Of a DNA stretch of 64,000 nucleotides, positions 30,176 to 39,781 are shown in pieces. Origin of the DNA: Alphaproteobacteria bacterium (GTDB lineage Bacteria; Pseudomonadota; Alphaproteobacteria; SHVW01); NCBI GenBank assembly GCA_016869645.1, contig VGDO01000003.1:14875-78874 (forward strand), in the 5' to 3' direction. The notes below the pieces were generated by a model. The model did no database searches and was not told the DNA's origin. It saw nothing but the letters and a program-made list of their open reading frames with translations. The position numbers and the translations under genes were made by a program. Within the stretch, counting starts at the first letter, position 1; each line of letters starts with the position of its first letter.

Positions 30176-33172
30176 ATGGGCATGAGCCTGAATTCACCTC
30201 TCCAAACGAGTCGCACGGGCGCCGCACGCATCGGCGATCGCGCGCTTGCCGACCGCCTGCGCCGCGAGCTCGAGGGCGATGTGCGCTTCGACGCATTTTC
30301 CCGCGGGCTCTACTCGACCGACGCGTCAATCTACCAGATCGAGCCGATCGGCGTCGTCATCGCGCGCTCGGACCAGGACATCATCCGTTCGATCGAAATC
30401 GCCGCCGAAGAGGGCGTGCCGGTGCTGCCGCGCGGCGCCGGCACGTCGCAATGCGGCCAGACGGTGGGCGAGGCCCTGGTCGTCGATGTCAGCCGACATC
30501 TCAACCGCGTGGTCGCGCTCGACTGCGAAAGCCGCCGGGTCACGGTCGAGCCCGGCATCGTGCTCGACCAGCTCAATCGGCAGCTGCGACCGCACGGCCT
30601 CTATTTCCCGGTCGATGTCTCGCCGTCCAACCGCGCCACCATCGGCGGCATGACCGGCAACAATTCATGCGGCGCACGCTCGATCCGCTACGGCAACATG
30701 GTGCACAACGTGCATGCCATCGACGCCGTGCTGGCCGACGGCAAGGCGATGCATTTCGGTCCGGTGCCGCACAATCTCGCCGAGATCGTCACCGACAGCC
30801 GTGCGGCCGACCTCATCCAGCGCCTGCGCGCGCTGGGCGCGCGCGAAGCCGCCGAAATCGCCGCCCGTTTCCCCAAGCTCCTGCGTCGGGTCGGCGGCTA
30901 CAATATCGACACGCTGACACCCGAGCACATCGCGCGCAGCGGCCACAACATGGCGCACCTGCTGGTCGGCTCCGAGGGCACATTAGGCTTCTCGACGCGC
31001 ATCACCCTCGACCTGCAGCCGATTCCGCCGCACAAAGCGCTTGGCATCTGCCACTTCCCCAGCTTCTACAAGGCCATGGCCGCGACCCAGCACATCGTCA
31101 AGCTGGATCCGGCCGCGGTCGAACTGGTCGACCGGACCATGATCGAGCTGGCGCGCGACATCCCTATGTTCCGCCCGACGGTGGACCGCTTCGTGCGCGG
31201 CGCGCCGGACGCGATCCTGCTGGTCGAATTCGCGGGCGACGACGGCGCCGAGCAACTCAATCGGCTGAAGCAGCTGGTCCAGCTCATGGGCGATCTCGGT
31301 TTCCCAGACAGCGTGATCGAGGCAACCGATCCCGCTTTCCAGCGCCAGATCTGGGACGTCAGGGCGTCGGGGCTGAACATCATGATGTCGATGAAGGGCG
31401 AGGGTAAGCCCGTGTCATTCATCGAGGACTGCGCCGTGCCGCTCGAGGATCTCGCCGACTACACGGCCCGGCTCGACGAGCTGTTCCAGCGCCACGGCAC
31501 CTCGGGAACCTGGTATGCCCACGCGTCGGTTGGCACCCTGCACGTGCGGCCAATCCTCAACCTCAAGCTCGAGACCGAAGCCAAGAAGATGCGCGAGATC
31601 GCCGAGGCGGCCTTTGCCATCGTGCGCGAATACAAGGGCTCGCATTCGGGCGAGCATGGCGATGGCCTGGTGCGCTCCGAATTCCACGAGCCGATGTTCG
31701 GCCGGCGCGTCGTCGATGCCTTCGAGCAGGTCAAGGACACGTTCGATCCGACCGGCCTGTTCAATCCGGGCAAGATCGTCCGGCCGTCGCGCATGGATGA
31801 CCGTGCGCTGTTCCGCTACAAGCCCGGCTATGCCGCGGAGGCGCGCAACTGGGCCTTCGACTGGAGCGCCTGGGGCGGATTCTCCGCAGCGGTCGAGATG
31901 TGCAACAACAACGGCACCTGCCGCAAATCCGACCCTGGCGTGATGTGCCCGTCCTACCGTGCGACCGGCGACGAGCGCCACGTCACGCGCGGACGGGCGA
32001 ATGCGCTGCGCCTGGCGATCACCGGCCAGCTCGGCCCCGATGCCCTCGTGTCCGACGACATGTACGCCACCATGGATCTCTGCGTCGGCTGCAAGGGCTG
32101 CAAGCGCGAATGCCCGACCGGCGTCGACATGGCCAAGATGAAGGTCGAGTTTCTCGCCCACTACCGGCGCCGGCACAGTCTCAGGGCCAAGGACAGGCTG
32201 ATCGCCTACCTGCCCCGCTATGCGCCGGTCGCGTCGCGCTTGGCGCCGCTCGCCAATCTGCGCGACCGGCTGCCCGGGCTGCCAGCGCTGAGCGAGGCAT
32301 GGCTCGGTCTCAGCGCCAAGCGCAGCCTGCCGCGCTGGGCGGCCGATCCTTTCACGGCGGCCGATATCCCGATTGCCGATCGCCGGGTGTCCGGCGATGC
32401 GGTGCGCGAGGTCGTCCTGTTCGCCGACACCTTCAATACCTGGTTCGAACCCGACAATGCGCGCGCCGCCGTCAGGGTGCTGGCCGCCGCCGGTTATCGC
32501 ATCCATCTCGGCGCCAGTCGAAACGGGTCTACGCGGCCGCTGTGCTGCGGCCGCACGTTTCTCGCAACCGGCTTGATCGACGAAGCGTGCGCCGAGGCGA
32601 CCCGTCTGGTCGACGTGCTTGCGCCCTTCGCGGAGCGCGGCGTGCCGATCATCGGCCTCGAACCGTCCTGTCTGCTCACCCTGCGCGACGAGATCCCTGC
32701 ATTGATGCCCGGTCCACGAACCAGGACGCTGGCCGAGCGCGCCATGCTGCTCGAGGAGTTTCTGGTCGCCGAGCACAAGGCGGGACGGCTCGACTTGCCA
32801 CTCGCGCCGATTGCCGAGCAGCGCGCACTGGTGCACGGCCATTGCCACCAGAAAGCCTTTGGCATCGTCGGCAGCGTGACGGGCGCGCTTCAGCTCGTTC
32901 CCGGCCTCGCCGTCGAGACAATTGAATCCGGCTGCTGCGGCATGGCTGGCGCGTTCGGCTACGAAGCCGAGCATCACGAGATTTCGATGAAGATGGCCGA
33001 GCTCGACCTGCTGCCGGCCGTGCGCGAGGCAGGCGACGACACCGTGCTGGTCGCCGATGGCACGAGCTGCCGCCATCAGATCCAGGACGGCACCGGCCGG
33101 ATCGCGATGCACGTCGCCCGGGTGCTGGCACGCGCAGTCGACGCGAAGCAGTCGGGTCGGCAGGCTCCGTGA
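30176..33172 (+). CDS. FAD-linked oxidase / Fe-S (GlcD+GlcF/GlpC-like) fusion oxidoreductase, 2-hydroxyacid dehydrogenase-like
   Basis: PRGAGTS, GSEGTLG, SGEHGDG, FNPGK, CNNNGTC, CVGCKGCKRECP and CCG motifs. Start 30176 or 30182. Confidence 0.9.
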   Translation: MGMSLNSPLQTSRTGAARIGDRALADRLRRELEGDVRFDAFSRGLYSTDASIYQIEPIGVVIARSDQDIIRSIEIAAEEGVPVLPRGAGTSQCGQTVGEALVVDVSRHLNRVVALDCESRRVTVEPGIVLDQLNRQLRPHGLYFPVDVSPSNRATIGGMTGNNSCGARSIRYGNMVHNVHAIDAVLADGKAMHFGPVPHNLAEIVTDSRAADLIQRLRALGAREAAEIAARFPKLLRRVGGYNIDTLTPEHIARSGHNMAHLLVGSEGTLGFSTRITLDLQPIPPHKALGICHFPSFYKAMAATQHIVKLDPAAVELVDRTMIELARDIPMFRPTVDRFVRGAPDAILLVEFAGDDGAEQLNRLKQLVQLMGDLGFPDSVIEATDPAFQRQIWDVRASGLNIMMSMKGEGKPVSFIEDCAVPLEDLADYTARLDELFQRHGTSGTWYAHASVGTLHVRPILNLKLETEAKKMREIAEAAFAIVREYKGSHSGEHGDGLVRSEFHEPMFGRRVVDAFEQVKDTFDPTGLFNPGKIVRPSRMDDRALFRYKPGYAAEARNWAFDWSAWGGFSAAVEMCNNNGTCRKSDPGVMCPSYRATGDERHVTRGRANALRLAITGQLGPDALVSDDMYATMDLCVGCKGCKRECPTGVDMAKMKVEFLAHYRRRHSLRAKDRLIAYLPRYAPVASRLAPLANLRDRLPGLPALSEAWLGLSAKRSLPRWAADPFTAADIPIADRRVSGDAVREVVLFADTFNTWFEPDNARAAVRVLAAAGYRIHLGASRNGSTRPLCCGRTFLATGLIDEACAEATRLVDVLAPFAERGVPIIGLEPSCLLTLRDEIPALMPGPRTRTLAERAMLLEEFLVAEHKAGRLDLPLAPIAEQRALVHGHCHQKAFGIVGSVTGALQLVPGLAVETIESGCCGMAGAFGYEAEHHEISMKMAELDLLPAVREAGDDTVLVADGTSCRHQIQDGTGRIAMHVARVLARAVDAKQSGRQAP

Positions 33173-33879
33173 ACGAACTGGGATTGCCGGCGGCGCCACC
33201 TGGCCTCGCGCGACCGAGCGGGCGGGCATCGTTGCACGACACGGTGGTCGATCGGCTGCGCGACATGATCGTTGAGGGCGAGCTCATCGCCGGTGCGCGC
33301 GTGCCTGAACGCGAGCTGACGCAGCGCCTCGGTGTGTCGCGCACCCCGCTGCGCGAAGCGCTCAAGGTGCTGGCGTCAGAGGGGCTGATCGAGCTGCTGC
33401 CCAATCGCGGAGCGCGGGTGGCGCGCCTGACCGAGGTCGACGTCGAGGAGATGTTTCAGGTCATGGGCGCGCTCGAGGGCCTGGCCGGCGAGCTCGCCTG
33501 CCAGCGCGTCACCGATGACGAGCTGGCGGCCCTGCGCGCCCTGCACTACGAGATGATGGCCCACCACGCGCGCGGCGACCTGCCGGCCTATTTCAAGGCC
33601 AACCAGGCGATCCACGAAGGCATCATCGGGGCGGCGCGCAATGCCGTCCTGTCGACCACCTACAGCATGCTGGCCGGCCGGATCCGGCGCGCGCGCTACC
33701 GCGCCAACCTGTCGCCTGAGCGCTGGGACGAGGCGGTTGCCGAGCACGAGCGGATTCTCGAGACCCTGGTGAAGCGCGACGGCACGACGCTGGCCTGGCT
33801 GCTGCGCCAGCACCTGCGCAACAAATGCGAGGTGGTGAAGGCCGCGCTCGCAGCCGCTGCCTCGACGACGGACGCTTAG
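33169..33879 (+). CDS. GntR/FCD family transcriptional regulator
   Basis: HTH VSRTPLREAL; FCD residues N..IH and EH...H; GTGA overlap with the oxidoreductase. Confidence 0.92.
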   Translation: MNELGLPAAPPGLARPSGRASLHDTVVDRLRDMIVEGELIAGARVPERELTQRLGVSRTPLREALKVLASEGLIELLPNRGARVARLTEVDVEEMFQVMGALEGLAGELACQRVTDDELAALRALHYEMMAHHARGDLPAYFKANQAIHEGIIGAARNAVLSTTYSMLAGRIRRARYRANLSPERWDEAVAEHERILETLVKRDGTTLAWLLRQHLRNKCEVVKAALAAAASTTDA

Positions 33880-33896
33880 CGCAGCCCGCGTGCCGT

Positions 33897-36800
33897 CTAC
33901 TCGGCTGCCGCCGGGTGCTTGGCCGCTTCGTGCGCCTTGTCGTCCTGTTCCTTCTGCTCCAGCTGGGTCAGCAGATCGCTGACATAGCTCGAGGGCTTGG
34001 TGAACCGCGCCACCAGCAGATAGATGCAAGGAACGATGAACAGGGTGAGCAGCGTCGAGAACATGATGCCGCCGATCACCACGATGCCGATCGCCTGACG
34101 GCTCTCGCCGCCCGCGCCCGTGGCGATAGCGAGAGGAACGGCGCCGAACGCGGTCGCGATGCTCGTCATGATGATCGGACGGAATCGGGACACGGATGCA
34201 TCGGTGACCGCATCGCGGATCGATTCGCCGGCAACGCGCAGCTGGTTGGAAAACTCCACGATCAGGATGCCGTTCTTTGCCACAAGGCCGACCAGCATGA
34301 TCATGCCGATCTGGCTGTACACGTTGATCGTTCCGCCGGTCAGCCAGATGGCACCCAGCGCACCGGTGACCGCCAGCGGCACCGTCATCATGATGATCAG
34401 CGGGTGGATGAAGCTCTCGAACTGGGCAGCCAGCACGAGGAACACAACGAGCAGCGCAAGACCGAAGGTGAAATAGAGCGACGTGCTCGAGTCCTTGAAC
34501 TCCAGCGCCTCGCCCTGCCAGGTGATGCGCGCCTCGCTCGGCAGAACGTCGGCCGCCATGGCCTCGAGATTCTGCACTGCCTCGCCCAAGGTGTAGCCCA
34601 TCACCAGCGACGCGGCGATGGTCACCGACCGCATACGGTCGACGCGATTGAGGTCGCTCGGGCCCGCCTGATCCTTGAGCGTGACGATATTGGTCAGCGG
34701 AATCAATTTCTGCGTGGTTTGCGAGCGCACGAAGATGTTCGACAGGTCGTTCGGCGTCGCCCGGTTCGCCTGCGACGCCTGAAGGATGACGTAGTATTCC
34801 TGGCCGCGCTCGCTGAATGTCGTCACCTGGCGCGAGCCCAGCAGGGTTTCCAGCGTACGGCCGACTTCCTCGACCGAGATCCCGAGATCGGCCGCGCGAG
34901 CACGGTTGAGCTCGACGCTGAGCTCCGGCTTGGTCTCGTCATAGTTGGGATTGATGTTGATGAAGCGACCGTCGCGCGACATCGCTTCCATCATGCGGTC
35001 ACGCCAGTTGGCGATCTCCTCGTAGCTCGAGCCGCCGATAACGAGCTGGATCGGCTGACGCAATCCGCGCTGGCCCAGGCCCGGCGGATTGACTGCGAAG
35101 ATGCGTGCGTGCGGTATCACCTGGATCTTGCGCGAGATTTCGTCGACCAGATCCTTCTGCTTCACCGTACGCTTGTGCCACAGTTCCAGGCGGACGTTGA
35201 TCGTCGCGATTCGCACGTCGCCCGGCCGGAAGAAGGCAGGCGCGAGATTGGCAAACACCCGATAAACTTGCCCCGACTCGACCAGCGGTTTCAGCAGGTT
35301 CTCGACCTCGACGAGGACGCGCCTCGTGTAGTCGATTGTCGAGCCTTCCGGGGTATTGATCCGGATGAAGAAGTAGCCGCGATCTTCGATCGGCGAGAAC
35401 TCGCGTTTAAGCGTCTGAAACAGGATGACGGCCAGAAAGGTCGTGACCATCATGCTGGCAATCACCAGATAGGGCGCATTCAATGCGCGCACGAGCAACC
35501 ATCGATAGCCGCTATTGAGGCCGCGGAAAAACGGCTCTGTGGCGCGATGCACGAAGCCCTCGCCATGGACTGGCCGCAGCAGCTTGGAGCACATCATCGG
35601 CGTCAGCGACAGCGCAACCAACCCGGAGAAAAGCACCGCTGCGGCGACGGAAATGCCGAACTCGGTGAACAGCCGGCCGATATTGCCCTGCAGGAAGGAG
35701 ATCGGCACGAACACGGCGATCAGAACCAGGGTCGTGGAGACCACCGCGAATCCGATCTGATGCGCGCCGCGGTAGGCGGCGAGCAGCGGCGGCTCGCCCT
35801 CCTCGATCCGGCGATGAATGTTCTCCAGCACGACGATGGCATCATCGACAACGAGGCCGATCGAGAGGACGAGCGCCAGCAGCGTCAGAATGTTGATGGA
35901 GAAGCCGAGCGCCGCCAGCACGGTGAACGAGCCGATGATCGAAACGGGGATCGCAACGGCAGGAATGAGGGTCGCGCGGACGCTGCGCAGGAAGAAATAG
36001 ATGACGCCGATGACCAGTGCGAGCGCGATGCCAAGGGCGTGGAACACCTCGTAGATCGACTGCGCGATGAACAGCGATTGGTCATAGGACTGGTCGATCT
36101 GGAAGCCCTCGGGGAACGTCGCCTTCATGTGCATCAGCTCAGCCCTGACGCCATTGGCGACGTCGAGCGTGTTGGCCGTCGACTGCTTGATGATGCCCAT
36201 GCCGATCGCGGTCTTGCCGTTGTTGCGGATCTCGCCGCGCGTCTCCTCGGGACCGAGCTCGACCTTGGCGATCTCGCCGAGCTTGATGGCATAGCCGCGG
36301 CGCTGGGCGACGACCATCGCGCGGAACTGGTCGGGCGTCTTGAGGCCTGTCTTGGTGCGCACCGTGAATTCGCGCTCGCGGGACTCGATTCGACCGGTCG
36401 GCACCTCGATATTCTGCCTCTTGAGCGCGTCCTCGACGTCCTTGACCGTGATCTCGCGCGCCGCCATCTCGCGCCGGTCGAGCCAGACGCGCATGGAGTA
36501 GCGGCGCTCGCCGCCGATGCGGACGGACGATACGCCCGTCACCGTCGACAGGCGATCGACGATGTAACGCTTGGCATAGTCCGACAGCTCGAGGCTGTTC
36601 ATTCGATCGCTGGTGATCGACATCCACATAATTGGTGTTGCGTCGGCCTCGACCTTGTTGATCACCGGCGGGTCGGCGGCATCCGGCAGCTTGGCGAGAA
36701 TGCGCGCGACCCTGTCGCGTACGTCATTGGCGCAGGCATCGACATCGCGGCTCAGCTTGAATTCGATCGATACGCTGGACGAGCCCTCGCGGCTCGACGA

Positions 36801-37043
36801 AGTGATGGTCTTGATGCCCTCGATGCCGCTAACCGCGTCTTCGACGAGCTGCGTGATCTGCGATTCGATGATCGGTGCGGATGCGCCCTTGTAGGCGGTG
36901 TTCACCGACACGATGGGCGGATCGATGTTCGGATATTCGCGAACAGACAGTCGATCGAAGGAGAACAGCCCGAAGATCGTCACGACCAGGCTGATCACCG
37001 TGGCGAAGACCGGCCGCTTGATCGAGACATCCGACAGAACCAT
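33897..37043 (-). CDS. RND efflux transporter permease (AcrB/MdtC-like)
   Basis: 1048 aa; IKRPVFA, GLVVDDAIVVLEN, KNGILIVE and RFRPIIMTS motifs. Confidence 0.95.
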   Translation of the reverse strand: MVLSDVSIKRPVFATVISLVVTIFGLFSFDRLSVREYPNIDPPIVSVNTAYKGASAPIIESQITQLVEDAVSGIEGIKTITSSSREGSSSVSIEFKLSRDVDACANDVRDRVARILAKLPDAADPPVINKVEADATPIMWMSITSDRMNSLELSDYAKRYIVDRLSTVTGVSSVRIGGERRYSMRVWLDRREMAAREITVKDVEDALKRQNIEVPTGRIESREREFTVRTKTGLKTPDQFRAMVVAQRRGYAIKLGEIAKVELGPEETRGEIRNNGKTAIGMGIIKQSTANTLDVANGVRAELMHMKATFPEGFQIDQSYDQSLFIAQSIYEVFHALGIALALVIGVIYFFLRSVRATLIPAVAIPVSIIGSFTVLAALGFSINILTLLALVLSIGLVVDDAIVVLENIHRRIEEGEPPLLAAYRGAHQIGFAVVSTTLVLIAVFVPISFLQGNIGRLFTEFGISVAAAVLFSGLVALSLTPMMCSKLLRPVHGEGFVHRATEPFFRGLNSGYRWLLVRALNAPYLVIASMMVTTFLAVILFQTLKREFSPIEDRGYFFIRINTPEGSTIDYTRRVLVEVENLLKPLVESGQVYRVFANLAPAFFRPGDVRIATINVRLELWHKRTVKQKDLVDEISRKIQVIPHARIFAVNPPGLGQRGLRQPIQLVIGGSSYEEIANWRDRMMEAMSRDGRFININPNYDETKPELSVELNRARAADLGISVEEVGRTLETLLGSRQVTTFSERGQEYYVILQASQANRATPNDLSNIFVRSQTTQKLIPLTNIVTLKDQAGPSDLNRVDRMRSVTIAASLVMGYTLGEAVQNLEAMAADVLPSEARITWQGEALEFKDSSTSLYFTFGLALLVVFLVLAAQFESFIHPLIIMMTVPLAVTGALGAIWLTGGTINVYSQIGMIMLVGLVAKNGILIVEFSNQLRVAGESIRDAVTDASVSRFRPIIMTSIATAFGAVPLAIATGAGGESRQAIGIVVIGGIMFSTLLTLFIVPCIYLLVARFTKPSSYVSDLLTQLEQKEQDDKAHEAAKHPAAAE

Positions 37044-37099
37044 GGCTGCTGCTCCTTGGTGCGACTGTCTTCAGCAGGGCGAATCTATTGGCTTGTTCT

Positions 37100-38176
37100 T
37101 CAGCTCGTCGGGCGCGGCGTCGGCGTCACGGCGCTGCCGTCACGGATCTTCTGGACACCTGCCGTCACGATCTCAGTTCCGACTTCAATGCCCTTGACGA
37201 TCTCGACCTCGCCAGGGATGCGCTGTCCAACCTCGACCTCGGTGCGCAGCGCGCGGCCGTTCTTGACCACGAACACGAACTGCCGCGTGCCGATCGGAAT
37301 TAGCGCCTCTTCGGGCACCAGAATTGCGCTCTCGCGCCGAGCCAGCGACAACTCCACCGTCATGAACAGGCCGGGCCTCAGCGTGCCGAAGGGATTGGGC
37401 AGTTCGGCGCGCGCTTCGACCGTGCGGGTCGCCGGATCGATGCGCGTGTCGATCGTCTTGACGACGCCGGTGAATGCCTGGCCGGAATAGGCCTCGCTGC
37501 GCGCCTTGATGGCGATGCCGGGCTTGAGCAGGGCCAGCACCGTTTCGGGGACCTGGAAGCTGACCTTGATCGGGTCGATGTCGTCGAGCGTCGTGACGAT
37601 CGCGCCCGGCGGCACGAAGGCGCCGACGCTGACGCGGCGAATACCGATCTTGCCGTTGAACGGCGCCACGATCTGCAGGTCCTGCACCCGGGCTTCCTGC
37701 ACTTTGATCCGCGCCTGCGCGCTCGTGAGCTGCGAGCTCAGCTCATCCATGCGCGCCTGAGAGACAGCCTGCATGCCGAGCAGCTTGGAGGCGCGGTCGT
37801 AATTTTGCTGAGCGATCACGACGGCCGCACGCGACGCCTCGAGCTCGGCTTGTGCCTCGCGCCGATCGAGTTCGATCAGCACCTGGCCAGCGCGCACGGT
37901 CTGGCCGTCGGTGAAGTGCACCTTGGCCACGATCCCGGCCGTCTTGGTCGTGACGGTCACGGCTTCATTTGCAGCCGCCGTGCCGACGGTTTCGATCGTA
38001 TCGATGACGGCGCCGTGGCGCGCGACCGCAGTCTGAACCGGCACCGGCCGGCCGCCCGTCGGCTGCGTCCGCGTCGTCTGCTGCGTTCCAGCCAGCAAGA
38101 TATCCTTGTAATACCAAGCCGTGCCGCCCAGCACGCTGAGCACGGCGATGATGATGAATTGATTCCTGGTTTTCAT
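37100..38176 (-). CDS. RND periplasmic adaptor (membrane fusion protein)
   Basis: N-terminal TM; lipoyl halves (GIVAKVHFTDGQTVRAGQVL, IVAPFNG), TRTVEARA and LRPGLF. Start MKTRNQ at 38176. Confidence 0.92.
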   Translation of the reverse strand: MKTRNQFIIIAVLSVLGGTAWYYKDILLAGTQQTTRTQPTGGRPVPVQTAVARHGAVIDTIETVGTAAANEAVTVTTKTAGIVAKVHFTDGQTVRAGQVLIELDRREAQAELEASRAAVVIAQQNYDRASKLLGMQAVSQARMDELSSQLTSAQARIKVQEARVQDLQIVAPFNGKIGIRRVSVGAFVPPGAIVTTLDDIDPIKVSFQVPETVLALLKPGIAIKARSEAYSGQAFTGVVKTIDTRIDPATRTVEARAELPNPFGTLRPGLFMTVELSLARRESAILVPEEALIPIGTRQFVFVVKNGRALRTEVEVGQRIPGEVEIVKGIEVGTEIVTAGVQKIRDGSAVTPTPRPTS

Positions 38177-38270
38177 TCCCCGCAATCCGTGTGCCGCGCC
38201 GGCCCCCCAACCGCGGCAACAAAAATTCCCGTTTCTTCTGGGAAACGTCGGGAATCTACATGGTCTGCCC

Positions 38271-38299
38271 TGGTGACGCAAAAATATTGTGCGCCACCA
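38271..38299. promoter_or_regulatory. Inverted repeat, candidate transcription-factor site between the divergent RND and amidase genes
   Basis: TGGTGACGCA-aaaatattg-TGCGCCACCA (10-bp arms, one mismatch; core GCA-N9-TGC). Confidence 0.45.
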
Positions 38300-38344
38300 T
38301 GGCCATACCAGCATAATCCCGGCGTATTGTCTGACGAGGCCTGA

Positions 38345-39700
38345 ATGAAACCGCTGCGCGATCTTGACCGAGATCTTTCAACCGGATCCACGTCGAGCGC
38401 TGCTCTGACCGAGCTTGCGCTGGACGCCGCCGCCGCGCCGGGCGGAGAAGGGCAACGCGTATATACCCGGCTCTACCGCGAAGCCGCGATTGCGGCTGCC
38501 GAAGCCTCCGACCGGCTGCGGCGCCACGGCGTTGTGGCCGGGCCTCTCGGGGGGCTGCCAATTTCGATCAAGGATTTGTTTGACGTTGCCGGCGAGCCGA
38601 CGACGGCCGGTTCGGTCGTCCTCAAGGACGCGCAGCCGGCCCGCCAGGACGCGGTCATCGTCCGGCGCCTGCGCGCCGCCGGCGCCATCATTGTCGGCAA
38701 GACCAACATGACGGAGTTCGCTTATTCGGGCATCGGCTGGAATCCCCACTACGGCACGCCGCGCAATCCGTGGGACCGAGGCTCGATGCCGGCCGAGGGA
38801 CGCATTCCGGGTGGCTCGTCGTCAGGCGCGGTGATCTCGGTCACCGACGGCATGGCAGCGGCCGCGATCGGCACCGACACTGGCGGCTCCGTGCGCATCC
38901 CGGCCGCGCTGTGCGGCATCGTCGGCTTCAAGCCGACGGCGCGGCGCGTACCGCTGGCGGGTTCGGTACCGCTCTCGCACTCGCTCGATTCGATCGGTCC
39001 GCTGGCACGGACGGTCGCCTGCTGCGCGCTGGTCGATGCCGTGATCGCTGGCAGCGAACCGACGGTGCCGGAGCCGCTGCCGCTCGCCGGTGCGCGCCTC
39101 GCCTGCGTGCAAAGCTACGTCCTCGACAGCATGGATCGTCATGTCAGCGCCGCCTATATGCGCGCGCTCTCGCGCCTGTCGTCGGCGGGCGCGAAGCTGA
39201 CGGATATCGGCTTCGACGAGCTTGGCGAGTTGCCCGCCATCTATTCCAAGGGCGGACTCGGCGCTGCCGAGGCCTATCACTGGCACCGCGAACTGATCGG
39301 CAAGCGCGGCGCCGAATACGATCCACGCGTCAGCGCGCGCATCAAGCGCGGCGCCGAGCAGAGTGCCGCCGACTATCTCGACGTGCTGGCGGCGCGCCGC
39401 GACCTCAATGAGCGAGCCGACCGGACGACACGGCCCTACGACGCGGTGCTCATGCCGACCTGCCCGATCGTGGCGCCGAGGCTCAGCGAGATCGCGCGCG
39501 ACGAGGATTTTTCGCGCCTCAACCTGCTGATCCTGCGCAATACGACGATCGGCAATTTTCTCGATCGCTGCGCCATCTCGCTCCCCTGCCATCGCCCCGG
39601 CGACGCGCCGGTCGGCCTGATGCTGATGGGGAGCCGCGGCCACGACCGGCGCCTGCTCGCGCTCGCGCAGAGCGTCGAGGCGGCTCTGGCCACCGCCTGA
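38345..39700 (+). CDS. Amidase signature family enzyme
   Basis: SIKD, GKTNMTEF, GGSSSG and GTDTGGSVRIPA (Lys-cisSer-Ser triad). Confidence 0.93.
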   Translation: MKPLRDLDRDLSTGSTSSAALTELALDAAAAPGGEGQRVYTRLYREAAIAAAEASDRLRRHGVVAGPLGGLPISIKDLFDVAGEPTTAGSVVLKDAQPARQDAVIVRRLRAAGAIIVGKTNMTEFAYSGIGWNPHYGTPRNPWDRGSMPAEGRIPGGSSSGAVISVTDGMAAAAIGTDTGGSVRIPAALCGIVGFKPTARRVPLAGSVPLSHSLDSIGPLARTVACCALVDAVIAGSEPTVPEPLPLAGARLACVQSYVLDSMDRHVSAAYMRALSRLSSAGAKLTDIGFDELGELPAIYSKGGLGAAEAYHWHRELIGKRGAEYDPRVSARIKRGAEQSAADYLDVLAARRDLNERADRTTRPYDAVLMPTCPIVAPRLSEIARDEDFSRLNLLILRNTTIGNFLDRCAISLPCHRPGDAPVGLMLMGSRGHDRRLLALAQSVEAALATA

Positions 39701-39781
39701 CGCCCGGGGGATGATCACCGCGCCGATGACCAGAAGTGCCCGCCCAGACGCCACCAGAAGCGCCGAACGCAGGAGTGCGCC

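Noticed and set aside
33825-37490. 1221-aa plus-strand ORF, and many other long antisense or alternate-frame ORFs (e.g. 17311-19257, 31415-33229, 38822-40891)
   Set aside because: They shadow well-supported genes, have no recognisable motifs, and are expected from stop-codon scarcity in high-GC coding DNA.
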